This document shows, piece by piece, positions 1 to 10,308 of a stretch of 64,000 nucleotides of DNA (the first letter of the stretch is position 1; the number at the start of each line of letters is the position of its first letter). The translations under genes were made by a program, and so were the position numbers. The stretch is taken from the NCBI GenBank assembly GCA_963765675.1, contig CAVXXK010000001.1, forward strand, positions 896,001 to 960,000. The letters are read 5' to 3'. Under the pieces are notes generated by a model that was not told the origin of the DNA, ran no database searches, and saw only the letters and a list, made by a program, of their open reading frames with translations. This DNA is from an uncultured delta proteobacterium. Its GTDB lineage: Bacteria > Desulfobacterota > Binatia > Binatales > Binataceae.

Positions 1-132
1 CACGAGCGATCTTTTCGGCTCGATCGCGCAGATCTCCTTGTAAAATCGATAGAATATCGAATTCGACATTAGGCGCTCTTGTATATGAGAACGGTGTTAC
101 CGAATCTGTCGAATCAGCTCGATTGTGAAAGT

Positions 133-162
133 TTGACAAATCTTCCTAGTTCCCCTAATGAT
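133..162 (+). promoter_or_regulatory. Putative sigma70 promoter of DUF1329 copy 1
   Basis: TTGACA-17 nt-TAATGAT, conserved with the same spacing upstream of copy 2 (1963-1992). Confidence 0.55.
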
Positions 163-219
163 CGCCCTTCGGGGAGTACCGCGGCAATTTCGCCGCCATC
201 AACCTTTCGGAGGCGGTTC

Positions 220-1539
220 ATGCGAAAGCCCTGGAGAACGTCGTCATGGCGAGTGACGGTCGTCGCGGCTCTGTCGGTGTTCGCGTTTGGTGCCACGGGC
301 ATCACCGTTCACGCACAAGTAAAGCCTGGCGACTTCATCACTCCTGAAAACTCGTACAAAGTTAAGGATCTGGTCTCACCGGGAGTCATGTACAAGGTCG
401 AACACGGGATGGAGATGAAGATCACCCCGACTGAGCGGGTGGACTGGCCGCCCCCGTATAAAGACGCGACCGAAAAATATTCCTCGCAGGTCCGCTTGAC
501 CCAGAATCATAAGAGCCTGGTCGGGTATGTTGCGGGTCAGCCCTTCCCGCTGATCGACCCGAACGACCCCGATGTCGCCGTCAAGATCATCTGGAACAAC
601 GTGTTCCGCCCCATCACCACCGACGACTACGATCTGCGCTTCTATGACTGCGATTCCTCATACGAAAAGAAAGGCCAGCCGCAGTCCGGCCAGATCGAGT
701 ACTTCCAGATCGGCCACTACGCCGGCTACGATTTGGTCGGCCGCACCGAAGTCGATCCGATCCCGGCCGATCCCGACTTCAAGACCACCGGACGCTACTG
801 GCTGTTCGGGCTCTATCCGCTGCTCTCGCCCCAGGAGATTCGCGGCACCGGCTTCATCCGATGGCGCTACGCCAACCCCAACGAGGGTGACGCGATCTGG
901 AGCCTCGGCGCCGGCTCGCGCCGTATCCGCCGCGTCGACGAGTCGATCATGAGCTCTTCGACCACCGCTGGAGGAACCTCCGCGCACACTTGGGATCCCG
1001 ATCATTATTCGGGCTTCAATCCCAAAACCGAGGAGTACAACTACAAGTTCCTGGGCGAGAAGAACATGCTCGGCACCATCCACGCGATCCACTCGCCTGA
1101 GCAGCGTTGCCCGACCGACGGCGGCACCAGCGCCTGCCCTGAGGCTTGGGAAATGCGCCACCTCTATGTCGTCCAGGCTCTCCCTAATCGGAAAGAAGTC
1201 AACGCGCTCGATTCCAAGACCATCATCTATCTGGACGGCGAAATGTGGTTCGAGCCCTACATCGACACTTACGACCAGAGGGGAAACCTCTTCCGCAGCC
1301 ACATCTACTGGCTGGCGACGCGCGATCGTCCGGTTCCGGATGCGAAAGTCGCAATCTATCCCTTCAAGCGTTCGTTCGTCGTAGGCGCGGTTTCGACCGA
1401 CGTGCAATCCGGCCTCGCGACGATGTGCTATCTGCCGGGCATCGAGACGCCGGAGCGCGAATGCTGGTACATCAACATGGGCGCGGTGGATCGTTCCTTC
1501 TTCACCACCGACGCGATGGTGCGCGCGGCCTCGTTCTAA
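220..1539 (+). CDS. DUF1329 family secreted protein, copy 1
   Basis: Signal peptide ending AQ; YxAGxPFP, RRIRR and WEMR motifs typical of DUF1329; GGAGG before ATG 220, matching the paralog's start. Confidence 0.8.
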   Translation: MRKPWRTSSWRVTVVAALSVFAFGATGITVHAQVKPGDFITPENSYKVKDLVSPGVMYKVEHGMEMKITPTERVDWPPPYKDATEKYSSQVRLTQNHKSLVGYVAGQPFPLIDPNDPDVAVKIIWNNVFRPITTDDYDLRFYDCDSSYEKKGQPQSGQIEYFQIGHYAGYDLVGRTEVDPIPADPDFKTTGRYWLFGLYPLLSPQEIRGTGFIRWRYANPNEGDAIWSLGAGSRRIRRVDESIMSSSTTAGGTSAHTWDPDHYSGFNPKTEEYNYKFLGEKNMLGTIHAIHSPEQRCPTDGGTSACPEAWEMRHLYVVQALPNRKEVNALDSKTIIYLDGEMWFEPYIDTYDQRGNLFRSHIYWLATRDRPVPDAKVAIYPFKRSFVVGAVSTDVQSGLATMCYLPGIETPERECWYINMGAVDRSFFTTDAMVRAASF

Positions 1540-1566
1540 GCGCGCATTAGCTCGTAGCCTCGGCGG

Positions 1567-1734
1567 CTAATCAAACCACCAGGGCACGAAGAAAAAACCC
1601 GAAGCAGAAGCGGGTCCTTCCGAAAGGAAGGACCCGCTCTCTTTTTTTCCTGTCGCCTTTGGTGCCTTTCCTGGGGTCTTGGTTTCTTGGCGTTTTGATT
1701 CTTGCTGTTCTGATTTCTCTCCAAATGGTTTGAT
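1567..1734. repeat. Family E nested inverted repeat (CACCAAG(A/G)CAC arms around a GCGGGTCCTTCC-GAAA-GGAAGGACCCGC hairpin); could act as terminator
   Basis: Related copies at 5511-5673, 17889-18003, 24761-24872; halves at 10265-10304 and 59079-59115; related hairpin at 3421-3458. Confidence 0.7.
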
Positions 1735-1962
1735 CTCCGCCGCGCGCAATTTTCATCGCGAATAAGCCGCCCACCTTATGCTCGTCCGGGATCAACCTCG
1801 AAAAATCCGCCGAATCCGAAAAAATATTTTTCCCGCGTGTTCGCCGCCGCGTAATTTCATAAACTTTACTGAATAAGCGCCAAATTCTTTAAGCTGCATT
1901 AGCAATCCTTTCCGACAGTGCGTCGATAACTAAATCCACTGAACGATCGGTATGGTAAAAGT

Positions 1963-1992
1963 TTGACAAGTTTCTCGGACTTCCCTAATGAT
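1963..1992 (+). promoter_or_regulatory. Putative sigma70 promoter of DUF1329 copy 2
   Basis: TTGACA-17 nt-TAATGAT, as in copy 1. Confidence 0.55.
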
Positions 1993-2049
1993 TGCCGTCC
2001 ATAGCGTGCTGCGGCAATTTCGCCGCGGTCAACTTTTCGGAGGCGGTTC

Positions 2050-3369
2050 ATGCGAAAGCTCTGGAGAACGTCGTCATTGCGAGTGACGATCGTCGCGGCT
2101 CTGTCGCTGTTCGCGTTCGGCGCCATCGGCGGTGCCGCTCACGCGCAGGTAAAACCGGGCGATTTCATCACTCCTGAAAACTCCTACAAGGTTAAGGATC
2201 TGGTCGCGCCAGGAGTCATGTACAAGGTCGAGCACGGGATGACGATGAAGATCGTCCCGACCGAGCGGGTGGATTGGCCGCCCCCGTATAAAGACGCGAC
2301 CGAAAAATATTCCTCGCAGGTCCGCCTGACCCAGGATCGCAAGAGCCTGATCGGCTATGTCGCCGGCCAGCCGTTTCCGCTGATCGATCCGAACGATCCC
2401 GACGTCGCGGTCAAAATCATCTGGAACAACGTGTTCCGCCCCATCACCACCGACGACTACGATCTGCGCTTCTATGACTGCGACTCTTCTTACGAAAAGA
2501 AGGGCCAGCCGCAGTCCGGCCAGATCGAGTACTTCCAGATCGGCCACTACGCCGGCTACGACCTGGTCGGCCGCACCGAGGTCGAGCCGCTGCCGACCGA
2601 TCCCGACTTCAAGGCCACCGGACGCTACTGGCTGTTCGCGCTCTATCCACTGCTTTCGCCCCAGGAGCTCCGCGGCACCGGCTTTATCCGATGGCGCTAC
2701 GCCGCTCCGCAGGAGGGTGACGCTATCTGGAGCCTCACGGCAGGTTCGCGCCGTATCCGCCGCGTCGACGAATCCATCATGAGCTCATCGACAACTTCCG
2801 GCGGAACCTCCGCCCACGCCTGGGATCCCGATCATTATTCGGGCTTCAATCCCAAAACCGAGGAGTACAACTACAAGTTCCTGGGCGAGAAGAACATGCT
2901 CGGCACGATCCACGCGATCCATTCTCCCGAGCAGCGCTGCCCGACCGACGGCGGCACCAGCGCCTGCCCTGAGGCTTGGGAAATGCGCCACCTCTATGTC
3001 GTCCAGGCTTTCCCTAATCGGAAAGAAGTCAACGCGCTCGATTCCAAGACCGTCATCTATCTGGACGGCGAAATGTGGTTCGAACCCTACATCGACACCT
3101 ACGACCAGAGCGGACACCTCTTCCGCAACCACATCTACTGGTTGGCGACGCGCGATCGTCCGGTTCCCGACGCCAGAGTCGCGATCTATCCGTTCAAGCG
3201 TTCGTTCGTCGTAGGTGCGGTCTCGACCGACGTGCAATCCGGCCTCGCCACGATGTGCTATCTGCCGGGCATCGAGACGCCGGAGCGCGAATGCTGGTAC
3301 ATCAACATGGGCGCGGTGGATCGTTCCTTCTTCACCACCGACGCGATGTTCCGCGCAGCCTCGTTCTAG
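2050..3369 (+). CDS. DUF1329 family secreted protein, copy 2 (close tandem paralog)
   Basis: 439 aa, near-identical to copy 1 along its whole length. Confidence 0.8.
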   Translation: MRKLWRTSSLRVTIVAALSLFAFGAIGGAAHAQVKPGDFITPENSYKVKDLVAPGVMYKVEHGMTMKIVPTERVDWPPPYKDATEKYSSQVRLTQDRKSLIGYVAGQPFPLIDPNDPDVAVKIIWNNVFRPITTDDYDLRFYDCDSSYEKKGQPQSGQIEYFQIGHYAGYDLVGRTEVEPLPTDPDFKATGRYWLFALYPLLSPQELRGTGFIRWRYAAPQEGDAIWSLTAGSRRIRRVDESIMSSSTTSGGTSAHAWDPDHYSGFNPKTEEYNYKFLGEKNMLGTIHAIHSPEQRCPTDGGTSACPEAWEMRHLYVVQAFPNRKEVNALDSKTVIYLDGEMWFEPYIDTYDQSGHLFRNHIYWLATRDRPVPDARVAIYPFKRSFVVGAVSTDVQSGLATMCYLPGIETPERECWYINMGAVDRSFFTTDAMFRAASF

Positions 3370-3420
3370 GCGCCGATGAATCTCTGAACCAGCTGCCGTA
3401 AATCCGGCAAGCAAAAACAC

Positions 3421-3458
3421 AAGCGGGCTCTTCCACCAGGAAGGGCCCGCTCTTTTTT
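3421..3458 (+). terminator. Intrinsic terminator-like hairpin after DUF1329 copy 2
   Basis: AGCGGGCTCTTCC-ACCA-GGAAGGGCCCGCT followed by a T tract. Confidence 0.6.
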
Positions 3459-3729
3459 TCCCGTCGGCCTCCGTGTCTTTCTCCGCGACTGCTGGCTGCC
3501 GCACACCGCGGCGATTGAAAAGCGTCGTTGCGGGTGTAGTTGATTCTCAGTCAATCGACCTGATCCCCTACGCGCTCTGGCGAGATACTTCCCCAGGGTC
3601 CGATCAAAGCGAACACATAGATCTGCTGCGTAGGTTAATCAAAAGTCTCTTGAATTAATTCATCACCGAAAGCATTGTGACGATAGCAGAGTGATTCGCA
3701 GCCGCGCAGCAAAATTACCGAGCGATGTC

Positions 3730-4401
3730 ATGCCCAGTCGGCAATCTGCATTGCAAAAGTATCGATCAAAACGCGTCCGGGCGGTTTTTGATCGACGAAG
3801 AACCGATGGTCCAGTTTGGCAGAGAAGGTTCGAGGAATTCCTCCAGTTGAGTGAACGATGCATCGCCAGCCTTCGACTCACGACTGGCGACACGGTCTTG
3901 GACGTGGGATGCGGAGGTGGCCGGAATTTCGCCGAGCTCGAAAACAGAGTCGGTGCCAACGGAAGAATCATCGGTATCGAGCAGAGTCCAGAGCAACTGG
4001 CCGCGGCACGAGAGCTGGTAGAGCGCAGCCGATGGAGCAACGTTGTGCTGATCAACACGCCAATCGAGGACGCTGAGATACCTTTTGTCGCGGACGCCGC
4101 GCTCTTTTCCTTCACTCACGATATAATGCGTACTCCGTCGGCGTTGCGGAACGTGATCAAACACTTGAAGCCTGGTGGACGCATCGCCGCGATCGGCGTG
4201 AAATGGGCTCCGTGGTGGCATCTCATCACCAATTGGAGAACTTGGCGGGGTTCCAAAGACTTCGTGACCACGTTCGAGGGTTTCAACAAGCCCTGGAGCC
4301 ATTTGGAGAACCTGGTCTCGTCACTGGAAGTCGAATGCACGACTGCCCCGACGCCCGTGATTGGGAGAGCGGGTCTCTACATGGCGGCCGCGGAAAAGTG
4401 A
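3730..4401 (+). CDS. Class I SAM-dependent methyltransferase
   Basis: VLDVGCGGG motif I and LKPGGRI motif; start uncertain (3691 or 3730). Confidence 0.8.
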   Translation: MPSRQSALQKYRSKRVRAVFDRRRTDGPVWQRRFEEFLQLSERCIASLRLTTGDTVLDVGCGGGRNFAELENRVGANGRIIGIEQSPEQLAAARELVERSRWSNVVLINTPIEDAEIPFVADAALFSFTHDIMRTPSALRNVIKHLKPGGRIAAIGVKWAPWWHLITNWRTWRGSKDFVTTFEGFNKPWSHLENLVSSLEVECTTAPTPVIGRAGLYMAAAEK

Positions 4402-4571
4402 AACGAGGACACACCGAACGACTTTAATGTCCAATATTTCTCCCTAGCCCTGCTGCGGCCTATGTGACGAGACGATGCTTCATAATGGACCGGAGCGCTT
4501 CGATCTGATGGCGCACCTGAACGCGAAAGTTCGCAAGCTCTGCAAAGATTCTCCGTGGCGTCCTTGTTAGG

Positions 4572-5441
4572 TTGCCCGGTGTGAAACCGGTCACGGAGAC
4601 CGACTACCGCGCCCGTATCGAACGCGTGATCAGGGCACTCTCGGATGAGCCCGAGGCGCCGCACACCCTCGACCAACTCGCGCGTATCGCGCACTTCTCC
4701 CCCTTCCACTTCCATCGCATCTATCGCGCGATCGTGGGGGAGAGCGTGATCGAGACCGCGCGCCGGCTTCGTCTGGCGCGTGCTGCGCTGCTTCTCGCGA
4801 CGACTGATTCACCGGTGACAGAAGTCGCGATGAACTCCGGGTATGAAAGTGTGCAGACGTTCTCGCGCGCGTTCCGAAACCTCACCAACGTTTCACCCAG
4901 GGAGTTTCGAGATCGCGGGATGCAGTTGGCGCAGCTGGTGGTCGGTCCGCGACCAAGCAAACGCGGAGGAAGCATTATGCAAGTCGAGATTGTCGAGCGC
5001 AGCCCGATCAAAGCCTGGACGATGCGCCTTCAAGGGGCGATGACGCCGGAGAACTTCAAGGATGCCTACACGCGCCTGTGGCAATGGCAGATCGATCACG
5101 GAATCGCAGGCCGCACCAGGGAAGCGATCGGCATCTTCTACGGTGACAGCGAGGGCGGCGATAACGCGTTTCGCTACTACGCCGGAGTCATCTGGGATGA
5201 GCCGCTCAAGGCGGACGGCGGAATCGAAGTGCTGGAAGTGCCCGGCGGCAAGTACGCCTCGTATCGATTGGTCGGGTCCTATCACGGAATTCCCGCGGCG
5301 TTCCAGCGCCTGTACGGCGAGTGGCTGCCGAAGAGCGGATTCGTTCCTGACGATCGGCCGGCGCTGGAGATCTATCGCAACAATCCTTTCGATACGCCGG
5401 CCAACGAATTGATCACCGATCTGTTAATTCCGCTTCGATAG
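4572..5441 (+). CDS. AraC family regulator with C-terminal GyrI-like effector domain
   Basis: FSPFHFHRIY and GYESVQTFSRAF HTH motifs; GyrI-like YGEWLPKSG...LEIYRNNP...TDLLIPL. Confidence 0.9.
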   Translation: MPGVKPVTETDYRARIERVIRALSDEPEAPHTLDQLARIAHFSPFHFHRIYRAIVGESVIETARRLRLARAALLLATTDSPVTEVAMNSGYESVQTFSRAFRNLTNVSPREFRDRGMQLAQLVVGPRPSKRGGSIMQVEIVERSPIKAWTMRLQGAMTPENFKDAYTRLWQWQIDHGIAGRTREAIGIFYGDSEGGDNAFRYYAGVIWDEPLKADGGIEVLEVPGGKYASYRLVGSYHGIPAAFQRLYGEWLPKSGFVPDDRPALEIYRNNPFDTPANELITDLLIPLR

Positions 5442-5510
5442 AGAGAGCGGCTTGGCGCGTCGCGACGCGCCCGTCTCCGCACGCCGACGATCCCGCGCCT
5501 CGTGCTGATG

Positions 5511-5673
5511 CTAATCAAACCACCAAGACACCAAGGCAAAATCGAACCACCAAGACACGAAGGCACCAAGAAAGACACGAAGGCAGACAAAGACAAGAGC
5601 GGGTCCTTCCTTCGGGAAGGACCCGCTCCCGCTTGGTGTCTTTCTTTGTGTCTTAGTGTCTTGGTGGTTTGAT
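5511..5673. repeat. Family E nested inverted repeat
   Basis: ATCAAACCACCAAGACAC...GTGTCTTGGTGGTTTGAT ends; central GAGCGGGTCCTTCC-TTCG-GGAAGGACCCGCTC hairpin. Confidence 0.75.
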
Positions 5674-5729
5674 TTTACCTTTGTCTTTGCCTTTGTGTTT
5701 TGACTGTCGATTTCAATTTTTGTTTTCAA

Positions 5730-5751
5730 GTGGCACAGGCTTCGGCCTGTG
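5730..5751 (+). repeat. REP family A (GTGG foot + CACAGGCT-nn-AGCCTGTG palindrome)
   Basis: GTGGCACAGGCTTCGGCCTGTG, same family as the REPs flanking the RAYT. Confidence 0.8.
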
Positions 5752-5791
5752 TCTTCGGATACGCTTACGGCCAAGGATGAACGAAAAGGCG

Positions 5792-6812
5792 ATGCGGTTT
5801 GGAATCTTCGGCGGCGCACAAGCCGGCAGCACGCGACCCGGCGCGGTCATGGGACAGGGCTTTCATGATTTCATCGACTTCAACGTCGAGGCCGAGGCGC
5901 TCGGATATCACAGCACGTTTCTGGTCGAGCACCATTTCACCGGATGGAATCAAGTCTCGGCGCCTCTCACTCTGCTGACATGGCTCGCAGCGCGCACCCG
6001 CACGCTCCGCCTCGGCACTGCCGTGATAGTGCTGCCGTGGCACAATCCTGTCCTTCTCGCCGAGCAGGCCGCAACGCTCGATCTGATGTCAGGAGGCCGC
6101 CTCGATTTCGGAATCGGCAAAGGCTACCGCCACAGCGAGTTCAAGGGCTTCGCCATCGCGCTGGAGGAAGCCGACGCGCGCTTCGAGGAAGCCCTCGAGG
6201 TAATCTTGCACGGGTGGACCTCCGAGCAGCGCTTCTCGCATCGCGGCCGCTTTTGGCACTTCGACGATATCGTGGTCGAGCCCCCGCCCCGCCAGCAACC
6301 GCATCCTCCAATCTGGATGGCGGCCGCCAGCGCGCAATCAATCCGCAAAGTAGCAGCGCGCGGTTTCAATCTGATGCTCGATCAATTCGCCTCGATCGAA
6401 GTAATCGCCGAGCGCTTAGCCCTCTATCGAGCCGAGGTCGAATCGCACGGCCAGATTTTCGATCCAGGTAAGGTGTGCGTAGCCCGCGACATCATACGTA
6501 GCCCGCGATGAAACCGAAACCCGCGCCGCCCACGAGCGCAACGACAAAGAGTACGAGCGCATCCTGTCAGTCGCGCGATGGCCCGATCATCAAGGCGGCT
6601 CGCACGTCCTCGCCTACGCGCATTCAGACGAATCGCGCGCCAACACCCTAATCGGCCCCGCCGCTGAAATCACCGCCAAACTGGAAGCGCTCCGCGACAT
6701 CGGCGTGACGTACGTAATCCTGAATCACAACGGCTCGAGCGAATCGCTCCGCCGCTTCGCCCACGAAATCATGCCGTCGCTATCGCGCATCTCCACGCCC
6801 AACCTGGCATAG
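5792..6812 (+). pseudogene. LLM class flavin-dependent oxidoreductase with a +1 frameshift near 6494
   Basis: EHHF, LRLGTAV, GGRLDFGIGKGY and HPPIW motifs; removing one base at ATC-A-TAC restores ...TLIGPAAEITAKLEALRDIGVTYVIL...LRRFAHEIMPSL to TAG 6812; may be a sequencing error. Confidence 0.8.
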
Positions 6813-6825
6813 CATCCCCTGCTTT

Positions 6826-7325
6826 ATACCCTCTCCCTCCGGGAGAGGGCGGCGCGGCGCGATGCTTGCGCTTTTTTCGCAAGCATCGTGACGCGCGGGT
6901 GAGGGTGCTGCTGCTCCGCCGAACTTCGCCTCAGAACACAGGCTAAAGCCTGTGCCACTTAAAGCAAATCACAGTCTCTCCCTCTGAAGTGGCACAGGCT
7001 TCAGCCTGTGTCTCCACTCTCTACCACCTCGTTGCCCCGCGAGCTGTGAGCGACTACCGGAAAAACCAACGCCTCGAAGACGGGCGGCCCCCGAGCCGCC
7101 TCTACGAAAACAAATTCAATTCGTAGGGGCGCGTCGCGACGCGCCCGTCTCCGCACGCCGATGATCCCCCACCTCGTGCTGACTCTCCACCTCGCGCGAA
7201 GAAATGCGATGCCCGCGGCGCCGCGAATCTGAAATACCCTCGCCCTCCGGGAGAGGGCGGCGCGGCGCGATGCTTGCGCTTTTTTCGCAAGCATCGTGAA
7301 ACGCGGGTGAGGGTGCTGCTCCGCC
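6826..7325. repeat. Composite REP mosaic (families F, A doublet at 6937-6958/6989-7010, B2, B, F)
   Basis: 6826-7110 is a near-identical direct repeat of 9927-10214; 7216-7325 repeats 9909-10024. Confidence 0.85.
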
Positions 7326-7370
7326 GCCCGCCAATCCTGGGCCCTTTTAAGCCCGTCAGCGATCGGTGAT

Positions 7371-7913
7371 CTACTTTCTGACTATTCCTCTCATGTCAGA
7401 GAGGTCACGTAGAAAAATCTCTCGAAGTCCATCCAACGTCAAATGACCCATCGGATAAGGACTACCCGATCGCTGCTCATAGAGTCTGTTCAACGTGCGC
7501 CAAACACTCTCGATCGCCCAAATGACTTCGTTCGCAACGAGATTAGCCTCCCGGTAGACAGCATCTGGATCGAAAACGAAATCCTTGTCTATGTGCACGA
7601 AGGTTTTGTCGCGGATGAATTTGACCTTGTCGGAAAACACCTCTAAACGAAAGATGTCTATATCTTTCTTGACGTTGTCTCGTTCGCACCTGTAGAGGTA
7701 CCAGAACGTCGCGGTATCACCGCTATTCTCGAAGATCCGAACTAAGCGGATTAGTCGGTCTCCCAGAAGCGCACTGAATGAGGTGGCCAAGATGACTCCC
7801 GTTCTGGAGTCCAGCAACGCCTCAAGGGCGGCTTGCACGGACATCAGGTTGTAAGTCTCGGCGAGTAACCGCTTGAGGGTCCTCTCAAAACGGTCACGAT
7901 AGTCGGCGTTCAT
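7371..7913 (-). CDS. Putative HEPN-domain (AbiU2-like) protein
   Basis: Lower-GC helical 180-aa ORF with Rx5H motif RDKTFVH preceded by IRLVRIFE; family assignment is inference. Confidence 0.55.
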   Translation of the reverse strand: MNADYRDRFERTLKRLLAETYNLMSVQAALEALLDSRTGVILATSFSALLGDRLIRLVRIFENSGDTATFWYLYRCERDNVKKDIDIFRLEVFSDKVKFIRDKTFVHIDKDFVFDPDAVYREANLVANEVIWAIESVWRTLNRLYEQRSGSPYPMGHLTLDGLREIFLRDLSDMRGIVRK

Positions 7914-8183
7914 CGTCAGGTTATCCTTTTTCGATCAATATGTTGATTCTTCACCACCGACTCCATGGCGCGCGCAGCTTCTTTCTAAATTTCCTCTGAG
8001 TCCTCTGCCGACATAGTCGCAGGTGGCGGGCGCCGCCAACCAAGATGGACGCTCTTTTCTTTTTCGTGGTGTTAGGGGCTTTGGTTGCAGAGGGATTTGT
8101 AAAAATGACATCCTCGGGCCCGACCATGCACCATCACTACGATTTCCGGTGCAGAATGCAAAAAACTGCATCCTATCGAATCG

Positions 8184-9342
8184 TTACACCATCATTTCGA
8201 TGCACTCGTATAATAGTTCTTGCCGTCTCTCACGACGCGCAGGATGAGTTGTTTGTCTAGCTGCTAAGCTCTCTGTATTCCTCAATCAACTTCTTTATTT
8301 TACGAGGCGTGGGATCGGCGCCGTCTATAATTCGACCTGCCGCAGCGATTCGTCGCATCAGAGACGCCTCGCCAAATCTCTCTACGAGATCATCCGACAA
8401 AAGCAAGGTAATAAGAGTATAAAATTGAGGTTGGTCTGTTGCGAGCTTACTATCCTTCAAGGCTGGATGGCGACGGTACGCCTTTGCAAGAAAATCGAAG
8501 GCTTTGCGGAACGGCTGGCGTTCACGTCTGGTAAGAGCGCTATTCCTAGAAGCTTCAAGCTTGATGAAGGCCTTCAGAATCTCGGTTGGCGCGCGATGTT
8601 TTTTGGACCGCGAAAACAAGGCAATCTTCCGTCAATCGTTCCCAGATTCGATCGACTTGCGAATTCCTGTCTGGCAGTCGGCGGACGATGTTCAATCTCT
8701 TCATAACAAATACAAAGCTATTATTTTTCGCTTTGTAGAAATGGTTCGATGTCGTGTTTGCTTTAGTGCAATAAACTCAAAAATCTGCTTGAATAACGGG
8801 TCCTTGCCCAAAGCTTTAACAACATCGAAACGACTAACCTTGACGCCCTGCTGATTTATATCGATGAATAGATTTATTATCTCATCTATTGCCGTATTCT
8901 CATCGTCAAGATCGATCTCGATTGTCGGGATAGCATATTCTCGAAAGGTGCGGACCAATTGGATTTCGAGGTCTTTGAACCCGATCTGCTCGCCGTCTAG
9001 TTCTATATGGAAGTTAGCATTGTTCGCCGCTGGATTGTCGAAAAAATAGCTCGTGACGTTATTGACTTTCAGGTCCAATCGCTCGTCGCCGACAAATAGA
9101 ATCAGACTCTCGAGCCGCTGTTTACCGTCCAAAATGTTGTAAGCAAATTGTGCTCCGTCCGCCTGTTTATAAAGAAATACGGCTGGAATTGGCCGCGCTT
9201 GAATCATGTTAGCTATGAGTTTTTGGCGAGTTGCAAGATTCCATACCGTCCCTCGCTGAAACGGCGGGATCAGATTGATCTTTTGCGTATTGAAATATCC
9301 AATTATTTGGTCAATTTTCATCTCTCGATTGACGTATTTCAT
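8184..9342 (-). pseudogene. DUF262 (GmrSD/ParB-like N-terminal) domain protein with three frameshifts
   Basis: PPFQRGTVW, PIP, ILDGKQRL and F.DINQQG motifs; single-base shifts near 8740, 8626 and 8259 appear to join the ORF pieces to a stop at 8184. Confidence 0.75.
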
Positions 9343-9541
9343 TGATGGTTCCCCTTTTCCGTCGGGGCAGTTTGCCCCCGCACAGCGGCCTTACCATACC
9401 CTCTTCGAGACTACCGGTCATGCGCGGCTTCACTGATTTTCCGGCCCTTCAGGTCGATCGATTCTGCACCGTTTTTGAGCAGCAGGTTGGCGCCTAAATT
9501 CAGAACACTACGTGTCTTCGTGGCCAATTGATTCTTCGCCG

Positions 9542-9637
9542 CTATGCACCCGCACCCGACGCTCGCACCTGTCCGACCAGCGCGATGCGAGCGCGGTCAA
9601 ATCATTCTCGTCGTAGTAGCCCAATTCTATGCAGCCG
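9542..9637 (-). pseudogene. Diverged copy of the parB 3' end
   Basis: Aligns with 10309-10405 and shares GCGAGCGCGGTCAAATCATTCTCGTCGTA; encodes IELGYYDENDLTALA vs parB IELDYYDENDLTALA. Confidence 0.85.
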
Positions 9638-9641
9638 TCGA

Positions 9642-9830
9642 TCAGGTTTTCACAGAAAGCTCGGTTCCGCCCCTGAGCGGCAGGAGAGTCGAAACAAAGC
9701 CGTTGGCCGGGCGCCGCACAAAGTCCAGATAGTCGACGAAGCTTTTCGGAAAATGGCCCACATTATCGCAGACGACGATCGCGCCCTTGCGTAGCTGCGG
9801 CGCTATCAATTCGATTATTGGTCTGGCGGA
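9642..9830 (-). pseudogene. C-terminal fragment of an O-methyltransferase
   Basis: Reads ARPIIELIAPQLRKGAIVVCDNVGHFPKSFVDYLDFVRRPANGFVSTLLPLRGGTELSVKT*; no N-terminus or start. Confidence 0.65.
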
Positions 9831-9908
9831 TCCCTTCCGTCACCACCAGACCATGCACCGTCCGCTGACGAGTAGTCCTGAGTGCAAGGGATCTTGCCGG
9901 GGGGGGGG

Positions 9909-10304
9909 CGGCGCCGCAAATCTGAAATACCCTCGCCCACCGGGAGAGGGCGGCGCGGCGCGATGCTTGCGCATCTTTTTCGCAAGCATCGTGACGCGCG
10001 GGTGAGGGTGCTGCTGCTCCGCCGAACTTCGCCTGAAAACACAGGCTAAAGCCTGTGCCACTTAAAGCAAATCACAATCTCTCCCTCTGAAGTGGCACAG
10101 GCTTCAGCCTGTGTCTTCCACTCTCTACCACCTCGTTGCCCCGCGAGCTGTGAGCGACTACCGGAAAACCCAACGCCTCGAAGACGGGCGGCTCCCGAGC
10201 CGCCCCTACGAAAAACTGATTCGCTCGTACGGGCGCGCCGAGACGCGCCCAGCTCTTCACACCCTCCCTTCCTTCGTGTCTTTGTGTCTTAGTGGCCGGT
10301 TGAT
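9909..10304. repeat. Composite REP mosaic (F, A doublet at 10040-10061/10092-10113, B2, B-like, E half)
   Basis: Direct repeat partner of 6826-7325. Confidence 0.85.
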
Positions 10305-10308
10305 TCTG

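Noticed and set aside
9840-10292. Small ORFs beginning MAQA(L/S)ACV or containing RLKPVPL (also 16560, 16802, 17146, 17839, 24732)
   Set aside because: Translations of REP-A sequence, not genes.
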